The notes below the pieces were generated by a model, which did not search any database, was not told the origin of the DNA, and saw only the letters and a list, made by a program, of their open reading frames with translations. A stretch of DNA of 64,000 nucleotides from Patescibacteria group bacterium (lineage in GTDB: Bacteria > Patescibacteriota > Patescibacteriia > 2-01-FULL-39-33). The translations under genes were made by a program, and so were the position numbers. Shown here one piece after another: positions 21,671-31,801 of the stretch (within the stretch, counting starts at the first letter, position 1; each line of letters opens with the position of its first letter). The stretch covers positions 70,315-134,314 of the forward strand of contig JBAZRV010000004.1 in assembly GCA_041662745.1 (NCBI GenBank), given 5' to 3'.

Positions 21671-22279
21671 ATGGCTAAGTCAAACATTGCCGATGGAAAG
21701 ATTGCCCGGCCGCTGGACGGCTTCTGGCGCGCCACTTTAATAAAGATTTTACCTGACTGGATCACTCCCGATGGATTGTCCTTGCTAAGATTGATTCTGA
21801 TACCGGCCGTGCTCTTAGCTTTTGCTTTTGGCAATTTCTTGCTGGCGGTTATTCTATTTGCCTTAGCCGCTCTTTTGGACTCTGTTGACGGAGCGCTGGC
21901 CAGACAAAGAAATATTCATACCTCTTGGGGATTAATTATTGATCCTTTGGCTGATAAACTGCTGATTATGATGACAATCCTGTATTTGGCTTTAATTTTT
22001 CCCGCGCCCTGGCTGATCTTGGCGGTCTTCGGCTTAGAGACATTGCAACTTCTGGGCGCGGCCCTGGTCTTGAGCATCAGTAGCAGACCGACGCTTAAAG
22101 CCAGCATCTTCGGCAAAACCAAAATGCTTCTGGTTTCCGTAACCGTAGTGCTGATTTTCCTTTGGTTGATTATTAACTGGTCCTGGCTTCTGGCTTTAAC
22201 GATTATTTGCCTCTGGCTGACGATAATTTTGCAAGCTATGACTTGTTTGCATTATCTTTATCGGCTGGCCAAAAAATAA
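21671..22279 (+). CDS. CDP-alcohol phosphatidyltransferase family protein (PgsA-like)
   Basis: The motif is DSVDGALARQRNIHTSWGLIIDPLADK (D-G-x2-A-R...G-x3-D-x3-D). The protein has multiple TM helices. Confidence 0.8.
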   Translation: MAKSNIADGKIARPLDGFWRATLIKILPDWITPDGLSLLRLILIPAVLLAFAFGNFLLAVILFALAALLDSVDGALARQRNIHTSWGLIIDPLADKLLIMMTILYLALIFPAPWLILAVFGLETLQLLGAALVLSISSRPTLKASIFGKTKMLLVSVTVVLIFLWLIINWSWLLALTIICLWLTIILQAMTCLHYLYRLAKK

Positions 22280-22287
22280 CTAAAAGA

Positions 22288-22326
22288 TAAAAAATATCTC
22301 CATTGAAACGGAGATATTTTTTGTTT
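22288..22326. terminator. Bidirectional hairpin terminator between convergent genes
   Basis: The hairpin ATATCTCC-ATTGAAAC-GGAGATAT is flanked by an A-run and a T-run. Confidence 0.65.
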
Positions 22327-24438
22327 TTAGACCTCTATAATCACCGGCAAGATCATCGGGCGCTTCTCTGTTTTTTGAAACAGGAATTTGCCGATTTCAT
22401 TGCGCAGCTTTTCTTTCAGGTATTGATCGTCGGGGGCGGTTACCGGATTATTATCCTTAAGAATCTTCTTAATCTTAATCCGAGTCATTTCAATCAGGCG
22501 CTTGTTCTCTTTCAAATAAACAAAACCGCGGGAAATAATATCGGGACTTTGGATCAATTCTCCGGTCTTGGCGTCCACAGTGGCGATAATAACCAACATG
22601 CCGTCTTCCGCCAATTGCTGACGGTCGCGCAACACGATATTATTCATATCGGTAATGCCCAGGCCATCAACAAACACATAGGAAGCCGGGACTTTTTTGC
22701 TTAAGATGCCGGCGTTATTGCCGTCAAACTCAATGATACTGCCGTTATCCGGCACAAAAATCCTATTCGGACTGAAACCGATGTCTTGCGCCAGCTTGGC
22801 CGCCTCCTTCAGCATGTAATGATTGGCATAAGAAGGAATAAAATAATCCGGCTTAATGGATTTAAGCATGTAGGCGATATCCTCGCGATTGCCATGGCCG
22901 GACACGTGGATATCCATGATATTGCCATGGATAACATTGTCGCATTGGCGATACAGATTGTCTTTCAAACGCTGGATAGTCCGTTCATTGCCCGGAATAA
23001 CCGAAGAGGAAAGGATAACGGTATCGTTTTTACGCAATTTAACCGACTTGTCATTGCCGTCAATAATACGAGACAGGGCGGCGTTTCCTTCGCCTTGCGA
23101 ACCGGTGCATAAAATAACGATTTTCTTTTCCGGATATTGATCAATATCCTCCACTCTGATAACCGAGTTTTTTTGGTATTTGATATAACCTAACTTCTTG
23201 GCAATCTCCACGTTATTCTTCATGCTGTAGCCCATCAAGGCCACTTTCTTGTTGAGTTTTTCACAGGTAGCGATAATCCAACTGATTCTTTCTATTTGGG
23301 AAGAAAAAGTGCCGATAATCATGCGGCCGGGAGCTTCCGTAATCAGCCGGGTAATATTTTTTTGCATTTCTTCAGTCGTGGCCGATTCTCTGATATCAAT
23401 AGCGCCTAATGACTCCAACATCAGAATGGTCGGGCGCGGCAGCTTGGCCAGATAATCATAGCCCAGCAGAGGCTTGCCGTTCTTATCTTTCTCTAACGTC
23501 CAATCGCCGGGATGTATAACCGTGGCAACGGGCGTTTTGATGATTACGCCGACCGCATCCATAATGGAATGATCAATGGGGAAGAAAGAGATGTCAAAGG
23601 CGCCCAATTTCAAGCGGTCGCTGATTTTCTGCACCATAATGACTTTCAATTTTTTAGAACCGTCCTTTTTATAATCCTCAACGCGATGTTTCACCAAAGC
23701 GATGGTTAGCGGCCGGCCGACAATAGTCGGATTACCCAGCTTCTCCAGCAATATCGGCGCCGCACCGATATGATCCAAGTGGCCATGGGAAAAAATCACG
23801 CCCTTGACGTTTTTTTCTTTGCCTCTCAGATACTCAATATTGGGGATGATATAATCAATGCCCGGCATATCCTCTTCCGGAAACTGTATGCCCATATCCA
23901 AAATCACGATATCGTTTTTGTATTCAAATATCGTCATATTGCGGCCAACCTCTTCATAACCGCCGATCGGGATAATACGCAGCTTATCGCTACCCTTGAC
24001 TCCGGTCGCGGTTGCCGCAGCTGTTTGGCCGGTGCGTAAAGCGCCGGAACGCAAATCACGCACCAGGGGTTGGCGGAATTGTTCGCGCGCGGTTTTAATG
24101 GCAGTCTGCTGTTTCTGACGCGAGTCTCCTGCCTGATAATTGCCGGCCCTATCGCGTTTCGGCCAAAAACCCCCGGGCTTCTGTTGTTTCAAAGCGGCTT
24201 GTTTGGCTTGAACCGAACGATTGGCCGGCACATCCATGCCGCTCAACCATTGATCCAGGCTTAAGTTTTTTTTGTCCGCTTTTTCTTCAACCGGCTTGCC
24301 GGAAGATGTCGCTGCGGGACCGCGAAAAGCGCCGGAGGGCTTTCGTTGCGGTTTGTGCGATTTTTTCATGGCAGAAAATGCCGGCCCCTTGAATTCCTTC
24401 TTGGGCGCATTCCGCCTGTAGTTTGTACTACTATTCAT
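22327..24438 (-). CDS. rnj: Ribonuclease J (metallo-beta-lactamase / beta-CASP) with a basic disordered N-terminal extension of about 150 aa
   Basis: The motif HGHLDHIGAAP is present, with beta-CASP and C-terminal domains. The N-terminal 150 aa are rich in K, R, Q and P. Confidence 0.88.
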   Translation of the reverse strand: MNSSTNYRRNAPKKEFKGPAFSAMKKSHKPQRKPSGAFRGPAATSSGKPVEEKADKKNLSLDQWLSGMDVPANRSVQAKQAALKQQKPGGFWPKRDRAGNYQAGDSRQKQQTAIKTAREQFRQPLVRDLRSGALRTGQTAAATATGVKGSDKLRIIPIGGYEEVGRNMTIFEYKNDIVILDMGIQFPEEDMPGIDYIIPNIEYLRGKEKNVKGVIFSHGHLDHIGAAPILLEKLGNPTIVGRPLTIALVKHRVEDYKKDGSKKLKVIMVQKISDRLKLGAFDISFFPIDHSIMDAVGVIIKTPVATVIHPGDWTLEKDKNGKPLLGYDYLAKLPRPTILMLESLGAIDIRESATTEEMQKNITRLITEAPGRMIIGTFSSQIERISWIIATCEKLNKKVALMGYSMKNNVEIAKKLGYIKYQKNSVIRVEDIDQYPEKKIVILCTGSQGEGNAALSRIIDGNDKSVKLRKNDTVILSSSVIPGNERTIQRLKDNLYRQCDNVIHGNIMDIHVSGHGNREDIAYMLKSIKPDYFIPSYANHYMLKEAAKLAQDIGFSPNRIFVPDNGSIIEFDGNNAGILSKKVPASYVFVDGLGITDMNNIVLRDRQQLAEDGMLVIIATVDAKTGELIQSPDIISRGFVYLKENKRLIEMTRIKIKKILKDNNPVTAPDDQYLKEKLRNEIGKFLFQKTEKRPMILPVIIEV

Positions 24439-24594
24439 AAAATTCTAATTACACTCCTTAATATTTAATGTGCCAAAAAACAAAAATGTCTTTTTAGCGA
24501 GCGACCGTGCGGTCGCTGAGAGTTAACCGCGTTAAATCCAGCTAAGCTGAAATTTTTCTGAAAGAAAAATAATTTAACGAAGCAAATGTAATTG

Positions 24595-24678
24595 TGCCGA
24601 CGGAGAGACTTGAACTCTCACGGCCTTGCGGCCACACGGCTCTGAACCGTGCGTGTCTACCAATTTCACCACATCGGC
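24595..24678 (-). tRNA. tRNA-Leu (anticodon CAG), long variable arm
   Basis: The cloverleaf was folded by hand. The acceptor stem is GCCGATG/CGTCGGC and the anticodon loop is TTCAGAG. The gene is 84 nt. Confidence 0.85.
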
Positions 24679-24774
24679 AAGAACAGAAACCTCAGTTTAA
24701 TGAGGTAATTAATTAAGTGAGGTATAAAGCATTAATACTGTATTATACAGCAAAAAAGGAAAAAAGTCAAGGGG

Positions 24775-26613
24775 TTAATGGCGCCAAGCGTATTTTACCC
24801 TAACATACCACTCGCTGACGTTAGCCAAGCGATCGCTGTAGCTGGCGATGGAAGTAACGTCAAAACCCTTTAGATTGCTGGACTGGGGATAGGTATAGGA
24901 GGGGCTATAAAGAAAAATCGCCGGCAATTGCTGGGAAATTATTTTTTGGAATTCCCAGTATTTTTCCTGCCTTTGGCCGTGATCCAAAATACGCCGCGCC
25001 GCCTCCAATAAAGCGTCAACCTTGCTATCGGAAAAAACCGCTAAATTAGATCCGGGATATTCATTCTGCGAAGAGTGCCAAAAGGCAAACGGATCGGGAT
25101 CGGAAGACATGTTCTCCGAAAACAGCAGGATTTCGTAACGGCGATTGTTGATATTCTCTTGGATAATCTTATTCTTATCCACCGCCTCAATCGTGGTAAT
25201 AATGCCTAACTGATCCCAAGATTCCTTGATAATCTTGGCGATAGCCAAATACTGCGGCTGGTCGGGAACGGTCAAAGTAAGACGCAATTCATAATCTTTT
25301 TTCTGCAATACCTGCTCAATCATGCTATCGCCGGTGGAAGTAGCCACCAGCTTCCAGCCATTGGTTTGCAATAAAGCGGCGGCGGCTTCCAAATCGTAAG
25401 AATATTTCTTGATATCCGGGCTATTGTCAATGCCGGGAAGAATCGGCGCATCAATTATCTTGGCTTGGCCGCCGAACGCTTCCTTAACCATTCGTTCCTT
25501 GTCCACAGCCAAAGCCAACGCTTGGCGGATATAATCCGCCTGAAGCAAGGCATTCTTCTTTTGATTGAAAAATATTGCGGCATATTGCGGCTGTTCCAAC
25601 TCATGCATAACGATATTCTTATGGCGTTTCAAATCAGTCTGATTCTCCCGCGGCAAATAAGCCAAACCGTCCACGCTTTTGTTCTTTAGGGCGTCCAAAG
25701 CCGAATTAACATCGCCGTAGAATTTGAATACTAATTGTTTCAAGTAGGGTTTAGCGCCATAATAATCGGCATTGGCCGATAGCGTATAAGATTTAATTAC
25801 GCCGCTTTTGTCTTTTTTAAAACTCTCCACCTCCCAGGGACCGGTGCCAACGGGCTTCTTGTTCAACTCATTCAAATCGGCATTGGCTGGCGGAATATTA
25901 TACCATAAATGTTCGGGCAGAATGCCGAAGGTCAGCATACTGGCAAACGGCGCAAACGGCTCTTTGAGCGTAAACTTCAGGGTATAATCGTCAATCTTTT
26001 CCGCCACCACTCCGCGGAAACTTTTGGCTAAAGGGCTTTTAAATTCCGTATCCTGCAAAGAGGAAACGGTAAAAATAACATCATCGGCTTTGAAAGATTC
26101 ACCGTCATGCCATTTAATATCTTGACGCAGATAAAAAGTATAAACCAAACCATCATTGGAAACCTCATAACGCTCGGCCAGATCCGGGGTCAACTGATGA
26201 TTCTTGTCATAGGCCAGCAAAGAGGAAAAAATCAGCCGGCTCAAATCGCCGTCCACGCTATTGGTTTGAGATAGGATCGGATTAATAAAACGCGGCGAAC
26301 CGATCAATCCCTCCGAATACTCCCCGCCAACCTGCGGCAAGGGCACAGAAAAAATGACAAAAACCTTAAACGCCAAAAAAATAAAGCAAACAACGGCAAC
26401 AGCGCTAAAAAAACGCAACTGCCTGTTTTCCGACGCTGATAAGAATTTGGGCAAATATTTGAAATGCTTCAAGCGCAAACGCCTGTTTACATTCAAGCCG
26501 AACAGAATCTTTCGGTCATAATGGTGCTGGCGCTTAAAGCGACGCAATTCCAAGTTTTGCCGATCAAAAAATCTCTCAACTTTCCTTCTGAGATTTTTAA
26601 ATAAAAAATCCAC
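24775..26613 (-). CDS. Extracellular solute-binding protein, family 5 (Opp/Dpp-like), membrane-anchored
   Basis: The protein has an N-terminal TM helix and the characteristic DIKWHDGESFKADDVIFT region of cluster C/family 5 SBPs. No permease or ATPase genes lie adjacent. Confidence 0.7.
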   Translation of the reverse strand: MDFLFKNLRRKVERFFDRQNLELRRFKRQHHYDRKILFGLNVNRRLRLKHFKYLPKFLSASENRQLRFFSAVAVVCFIFLAFKVFVIFSVPLPQVGGEYSEGLIGSPRFINPILSQTNSVDGDLSRLIFSSLLAYDKNHQLTPDLAERYEVSNDGLVYTFYLRQDIKWHDGESFKADDVIFTVSSLQDTEFKSPLAKSFRGVVAEKIDDYTLKFTLKEPFAPFASMLTFGILPEHLWYNIPPANADLNELNKKPVGTGPWEVESFKKDKSGVIKSYTLSANADYYGAKPYLKQLVFKFYGDVNSALDALKNKSVDGLAYLPRENQTDLKRHKNIVMHELEQPQYAAIFFNQKKNALLQADYIRQALALAVDKERMVKEAFGGQAKIIDAPILPGIDNSPDIKKYSYDLEAAAALLQTNGWKLVATSTGDSMIEQVLQKKDYELRLTLTVPDQPQYLAIAKIIKESWDQLGIITTIEAVDKNKIIQENINNRRYEILLFSENMSSDPDPFAFWHSSQNEYPGSNLAVFSDSKVDALLEAARRILDHGQRQEKYWEFQKIISQQLPAIFLYSPSYTYPQSSNLKGFDVTSIASYSDRLANVSEWYVRVKYAWRH

Positions 26614-26695
26614 GGTTAAAATTACAAATTATAACTAGCCTAACTATGACTGCCCGCAAGCTCGCGACCGTCAATCAATCGCCAGCTAAGCGCCG

Positions 26696-26905
26696 CTAAT
26701 AAAGCGCGTTGAGCAGAGAAACCCCTAAAAAGATTATCGCAATAACGATAGTGGCGTTAAACAGCACTTGTTCCAAACCGCGCTTGGTCCTGTACACGTT
26801 GCCTTCGCCGCCAAAAGCCGCGCCCAAGCCGGTACCGCGATTCTGCAACAGGATTACTGCCACCAAAGCAACGGCGGAAATAAGCTGAATGACATCTAAA
26901 ATCAT
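26696..26905 (-). CDS. secG: Preprotein translocase subunit SecG
   Basis: The motif is LLQNRGTGLGAAFGG. The protein is 69 aa with two TM helices. Confidence 0.8.
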   Translation of the reverse strand: MILDVIQLISAVALVAVILLQNRGTGLGAAFGGEGNVYRTKRGLEQVLFNATIVIAIIFLGVSLLNALY

Positions 26906-27079
26906 ATTTAATACGTTTTAATATCTGGTTTTAAGCTGATTTAATACTATCATAAGCGGGACCAAAAGTCAAACCGAAAAAGCAACGCCCAACGAACGAT
27001 TTTCCTTAATCAGCTGGATTTATTACTGATTATTATGCTATAATAAAAAAGATAAAAAGAAGCATTTCCTAATTTATAT

Positions 27080-28693
27080 TTGCCTTTTAATCTAACTTTT
27101 TCTATGCCCCAAACCACAGGCGAAGCCGAATGGCTTTTACAGGCGCTAAAAAAGAATTACAGTCGCTCCGCGCCCAAGGATTCATCCAAAATAAAACTCA
27201 ATCAGCTGATATCCAAATTGGGATTTTTTTACGAAAAAGTCAGAAACGCCATTGATTATAATGACGAACATTTGATCCGACGCAATTCCCTGCGCCGGCT
27301 GATCACCAGGCAAATGAAATTCCTGGCCGAGCGAGATCCGGTTAAGATCGCCGAAACCGTAATTTTTGAATTCATTCGCGCCAAATACCTGCCCAACGAT
27401 GCCCTGCCGGAAAGCGACATCGAGCAAACCGCGGCCGTTATCGCCAAATACCTGACGCTATTCAATCACCTGCAGAACCATCCGGTGGCGGAAACCAAAA
27501 AAATCAACGATTGGCTTTTGGATCTCCTGACTTGCGAAGTTGACGAATACCTTTTCCCCAACGGCCGGGATATGGCGATGGTTAATTTCATGTACGGCGA
27601 AATGATCAAAAGCATTTCTTTCGTCAAAAGCTCCCTGGACGAAAAAGAACGCAATCTGCAAATCTACATTGCCGTCCTGAAAAACTTAATCAAGGCCGAT
27701 CTGCCGCTGATCCGCTATTGGCTCGTCAAATTATACAATCCGCGCTGGAATTCCTTCACCCCCGACGATATTAAAAAATTCGCTCCCAATTTGGCCGCTG
27801 CCAGAAACAGCATTGAGTTGCATCTTAACCATTATTCCGGCTATCAGATAACGCAGATGATCAAGAAACAGGCCGTCTTCTTCCAAATTCTCAGAGAAAT
27901 CATTGAGCAGAGCGACGACGACATCCGAGAAACAATCAATGATGAGAATAAATTAGAAGAAAAAATCAGCGAGGTCTGCAACAAGAACTACAAACGCATC
28001 CGCGGCAAACTGATCGGTTCAATCGTCCGCGTCATCATTTATATCCTGTTCACCAAGACTATTCTGGCTGTCATTTTGGAACTGCCCTACGACCAATTCA
28101 TCGTCGGCCAGGTCAATTGGTATGCGCTCTTGATCAATATTGTTTTCCATCCCTGCCTGATGTTTGTCATCGCCATGTCCATCAAGGTGCCGGGACAAAA
28201 AAACACCCGGGTCATTATTGAGGAGATCAAAAAAATCATTTACGGCAGCGAACGCAAACTGGTTTATAAGCCGCGCAAACTGTTGCGTCGCGGCTCCTTC
28301 ACCTTTATTTTCTTCAACGCCATCTACTTAGTCATGTTCGGCATCTCCTTTGGCGCCGTAGTCGCGGTTTTGCATCGTTTGGACTTTAACCTGCTTTCCG
28401 GCGCGCTGTTCATCTTCTTCTTGACTCTTGTTTCCTTTTTCGGCTTCCGCCTGCGCAATTTTGCCAATCAATTCCTGGTCGTGCCCCGCAAAGAAAACCT
28501 GTGGAATTTCCTGTTAGACTTTTTCTCCTTGCCGATCATCCGCGCCGGCAAATTCTTTTCCACTAATTTTTCCAAAATCAACGTTTTTTTATACATCCTG
28601 GATTTCATCATTGAAACGCCGTTCAAAATGTTAGTGGAATTGCTGGAGAAAGCGCTGTCATTCATCGGTGAAAAACGAGAAGAAATATCTTAA
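27080..28693 (+). CDS. Hypothetical membrane protein (cytoplasmic N-terminal domain and C-terminal multi-TM region)
   Basis: The ORF is 537 aa with a hydrophobic C-terminal half. No motif was recognised. Confidence 0.45.
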   Translation: MPFNLTFSMPQTTGEAEWLLQALKKNYSRSAPKDSSKIKLNQLISKLGFFYEKVRNAIDYNDEHLIRRNSLRRLITRQMKFLAERDPVKIAETVIFEFIRAKYLPNDALPESDIEQTAAVIAKYLTLFNHLQNHPVAETKKINDWLLDLLTCEVDEYLFPNGRDMAMVNFMYGEMIKSISFVKSSLDEKERNLQIYIAVLKNLIKADLPLIRYWLVKLYNPRWNSFTPDDIKKFAPNLAAARNSIELHLNHYSGYQITQMIKKQAVFFQILREIIEQSDDDIRETINDENKLEEKISEVCNKNYKRIRGKLIGSIVRVIIYILFTKTILAVILELPYDQFIVGQVNWYALLINIVFHPCLMFVIAMSIKVPGQKNTRVIIEEIKKIIYGSERKLVYKPRKLLRRGSFTFIFFNAIYLVMFGISFGAVVAVLHRLDFNLLSGALFIFFLTLVSFFGFRLRNFANQFLVVPRKENLWNFLLDFFSLPIIRAGKFFSTNFSKINVFLYILDFIIETPFKMLVELLEKALSFIGEKREEIS

Positions 28694-28699
28694 AAACAT

Positions 28700-29350
28700 A
28701 TGAAATTCAATCTTAAATCGGAAATAATTCCCTGGCTGCTAATCATAGCCAGCAGCATCGCCGCCATTTATTTTTATTTCAATTTCCCCACCGTCGTGGC
28801 CACGCATTGGAATTTTTCCGGCCAAGCCGACGGATTTTCCGGGCGCGGCTTCGGCGCTTTTTTCCTGCCGGTACTGGTCATTATCTTTTATTTGTTTATG
28901 ACCCTGTTGCCCTACTTGGATCCCAAAAAGGAACGCTACCAGGAATTCTTCGGCCCCTACCTGGGGTTTAGAACGGTTTTAATCCTTCTTTTCGTGTTCT
29001 TGCAATTCATTACCGGTTTTTACAATCTCGGCTACAAGCTTAATATCGGCCTTGCCGTAGCTTGGCTGATCGGACTCTTAATGCTGTATATCGGCTGGCT
29101 GATGCCAAAAATAAAAAGCAACTGGTTTGTCGGCATTCGCACCCCCTGGACCTTAAGCTCGGAAAACGTCTGGAACAAAACCCACGCCCTCGGCCGCTGG
29201 CTGTTTGTGATTTTCGGCCTGGATCTTATTTTGATGCCTTATCTGCCGGAGACCTGGGCGATTACGGCCTTCATCTTGGGACTCGCAATTCTGCTGCTGG
29301 GCAGTTTCGGCTACTCCTATTGGTTATATCGGCAAGAGAAAAAATCCTAA
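28700..29350 (+). CDS. SdpI/YhfL-family membrane protein (DUF1648-like N-terminus)
   Basis: The N-terminus has the typical ...THWNFSGQADGFSG motif, followed by TM helices. Confidence 0.6.
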   Translation: MKFNLKSEIIPWLLIIASSIAAIYFYFNFPTVVATHWNFSGQADGFSGRGFGAFFLPVLVIIFYLFMTLLPYLDPKKERYQEFFGPYLGFRTVLILLFVFLQFITGFYNLGYKLNIGLAVAWLIGLLMLYIGWLMPKIKSNWFVGIRTPWTLSSENVWNKTHALGRWLFVIFGLDLILMPYLPETWAITAFILGLAILLLGSFGYSYWLYRQEKKS

Positions 29351-29410
29351 TTTTTCGTCATTGCGAGCGTAGCGCGGCAATCTCTTTTACCGTCCTACTC
29401 GCTTTTTTCT

Positions 29411-30496
29411 ATGAACCGCTACATTGCTATTAGCGCCATCACAATTTTTTGCTTGCTTGCCATCGGTATCGGCGTCGCTTGGGCGCCGATTTTTCCTCTG
29501 GCCAAACAATTGACGGGAGCGCCGCTGACGGCTCTGCCGCCGAAATCCGACTCCCTGCCGGCCGAGCCGAAACAGGCAACTGCCACACTGATTTTCGGCG
29601 GCGATGTCATGCTCTCGCGCAATGTCGGACAAAAAATGGCCAAATACCAAGATTGGTCCTGGCCGTTTGCAAATATCGCCGGACTGCTGGCGGACGCCGA
29701 TTTAACGGTCATCAATCTGGAGTCGCCCTTTACCATCGGCGGTTCGCATTTGGTTAAAACCGGATCATTTTCTTTTAACGCCGATCCGCAAGCGCTGGCC
29801 GGACTGGCTCAAGCGGGCATTGATGTGGTCGCTCTGGCCAATAATCATATTTTAAACCAGGGCAAAAAGGGCGTAATTGATACGCAAAAACTTTTAACCG
29901 CTAACGGCATTGCTTTTGCCGGCGCCGGACTCAATGAAAGCGAAGCCGGCAGGCCGGCAATCAAAGAAATAAACGGAATCAAATTCGGTTTTTTATCTTA
30001 TGCTTATCCGAATGATTATTCCGTGGCCGGCGCTTCTACGCCCGGACTGGCCGGCATGGACATAAGTAAAATGACAACGGCTGTTGCCAATTTAAAAACA
30101 GAAGCTGACTTGGTGGCGGTCTTAATGCACGCCGGAATTGAATACGTTAACACGCCCAATAAACAACAGGTCGCTTTTGCCCATGCCGCCATTGATGCCG
30201 GGGCCGACCTGGTAATCGGCCATCATCCGCACTGGGCGCAGACCGTTGAGATTTATAACGGCAAACCGATTGTGTATTCTTTGGGCAACCTGATCTTTGA
30301 TCAGATGTGGTCGCTGGAAACGCAACAAGGCGCCTTAGCCGAAATAAAAGTGGCTGACAAGCAGATAAGTTCAATCAAGATTATTCCGATCAAAATCATT
30401 GATTACGGCCAAGCGATTCTGGCTACCGGTACGGACAAAGAGTTGACCTTAAAAAGGATGGGATTAAATAATGAGGTAATTAACATTAATAATTAA
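29411..30496 (+). CDS. CapA/PGA_cap family metallophosphatase (poly-gamma-glutamate capsule biosynthesis-like)
   Basis: Motifs are GGDVMLSRNV, ANNHILNQG and GHHPHW. The protein has an N-terminal TM helix. Confidence 0.75.
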   Translation: MNRYIAISAITIFCLLAIGIGVAWAPIFPLAKQLTGAPLTALPPKSDSLPAEPKQATATLIFGGDVMLSRNVGQKMAKYQDWSWPFANIAGLLADADLTVINLESPFTIGGSHLVKTGSFSFNADPQALAGLAQAGIDVVALANNHILNQGKKGVIDTQKLLTANGIAFAGAGLNESEAGRPAIKEINGIKFGFLSYAYPNDYSVAGASTPGLAGMDISKMTTAVANLKTEADLVAVLMHAGIEYVNTPNKQQVAFAHAAIDAGADLVIGHHPHWAQTVEIYNGKPIVYSLGNLIFDQMWSLETQQGALAEIKVADKQISSIKIIPIKIIDYGQAILATGTDKELTLKRMGLNNEVININN

Positions 30497-30562
30497 TAGT
30501 TAAACCGATTAAGAACCGAATTGATTCATTCCCCGGATCAAACTTATATTAAGCAATTTTAA

Positions 30563-30599
30563 AAGCGGAGCATGTCATCACGACATTCTCCGCTTTTTT
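30563..30599. terminator. Hairpin terminator between convergent genes
   Basis: The hairpin GCGGAG-CATGTCATCACGACATT-CTCCGC is followed by TTTTTT. Confidence 0.65.
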
Positions 30600-30618
30600 G
30601 TGCTATTTGGTGGCGCCC

Positions 30619-31680
30619 CTACTTTCGGGTCGCCAACTGGGCCGCTTTGCGCGCCGCCGCCAACATCGGATTGTCTTCCAGACTGGATCCGAATTGGCGA
30701 TCGCGATGAGGCTTCTTGAAACCGGCTCGGCCCGCTTCGGTGAAGGACGCGTCAATAATCTGGCCGAGGCGGTAGATAAGGCCCCGGAGTCGGCGCTGAA
30801 GACGGCTTTTATTGATGGCATCCGGCGAATCATCGCTGATTTCGTCGGGGTCTTTGCCACCCAGCAGAGCCACAGCCGCCTGTCGTTTGAGGTTCTGGCC
30901 CTCGACGAAGATGGGCTCGCCGTCCGGCTTCTCCCAATAGTAGGGACCAACCAGAACTTGCCGTCCGGTCGGCTCACCGGTTTCGGGATTTACTTCCTCC
31001 TCCCGCCGGTAACCCACGCCACACTTCCACTGCTCGAGATTGATCCCGAGCCGGCCATCAGCGAAATGGATCACCGTGACCTTGACGAAGCGCTGACCGA
31101 AACCCGACTCCAGCACGGTCGTGTGGGAGAATTCCCCACACTCTTTGTCCATCAAATTTTTGTTGATGGACGGCGTAAGCGGCATAAACCGCTTACCCAA
31201 CGAACCGCGACTCATGCCACGGATCTTAGCGGTACCGATCAGGATCGGTTCCACCATTCCGGGCATATCCGCCGGCGCCACGATCTGCGTGGTGCTTCGT
31301 CCTCGACGAACCACAACCTCGCCATCGTTGATGCCATTGGCGATGGCGACTTTTCCGATGTCCAGAAACACCTTGTCCATCAAGGCGTTGCTGATCTCGA
31401 CGGCGATAGGGACGATCGTCGTCGCTTCCTGGTTGACGGTACCGTCGTCATTGACGGTACTGCAAACCACTGGCAGTCCGCCCGCCTGGAACATCTCCAG
31501 ACTGACATTGTCTTCACCATAGCCGGCTTCTTTCACCGTCAACGTCGCTTCCGACGTCTCCGGCGCTTCCGGCTCCTCGGCGACGGCAACGGCGCCACGT
31601 TCCTGCATGGCCGCCAACTCGGCCGCCATCGCTGCATCCGACGTACCATTGCCATTGCCACGACGACTCTTCTTGCTCAT
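30619..31680 (-). CDS. Hypothetical protein (353 aa) in a compositionally atypical segment of about 60% GC
   Basis: The start at MSKKSRRGNGN is preceded by the RBS AAGGAGA. The long antisense ORF 30598..31725 is an R-rich GC artefact. No family was recognised. Confidence 0.55.
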   Translation of the reverse strand: MSKKSRRGNGNGTSDAAMAAELAAMQERGAVAVAEEPEAPETSEATLTVKEAGYGEDNVSLEMFQAGGLPVVCSTVNDDGTVNQEATTIVPIAVEISNALMDKVFLDIGKVAIANGINDGEVVVRRGRSTTQIVAPADMPGMVEPILIGTAKIRGMSRGSLGKRFMPLTPSINKNLMDKECGEFSHTTVLESGFGQRFVKVTVIHFADGRLGINLEQWKCGVGYRREEEVNPETGEPTGRQVLVGPYYWEKPDGEPIFVEGQNLKRQAAVALLGGKDPDEISDDSPDAINKSRLQRRLRGLIYRLGQIIDASFTEAGRAGFKKPHRDRQFGSSLEDNPMLAAARKAAQLATRK

Positions 31681-31792
31681 GTTTGTCTCCTTGCCGCTAA
31701 TCGCGGCTTTTATGGGGATTGTTAGGTGCTTGCCACGCCCACCAGGACGTAACAAATAATTATAGCACACTGATATTTTTTTGTCAATAGAC

Positions 31793-31801
31793 TTATCCAC
31801 A
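31793..31801 (+). promoter_or_regulatory. Perfect DnaA box TTATCCACA upstream of the GC-rich orphan gene
   Basis: An exact 9-mer in the AT-rich tract at 31700-32180. Confidence 0.4.

Noticed and set aside
30598-31725. A 375-aa plus-strand ORF that mirrors the GC-rich orphan gene
   Set aside because: It is R/G-rich artefactual translation of a high-GC segment. The minus-strand frame has a strong RBS and a protein-like composition.
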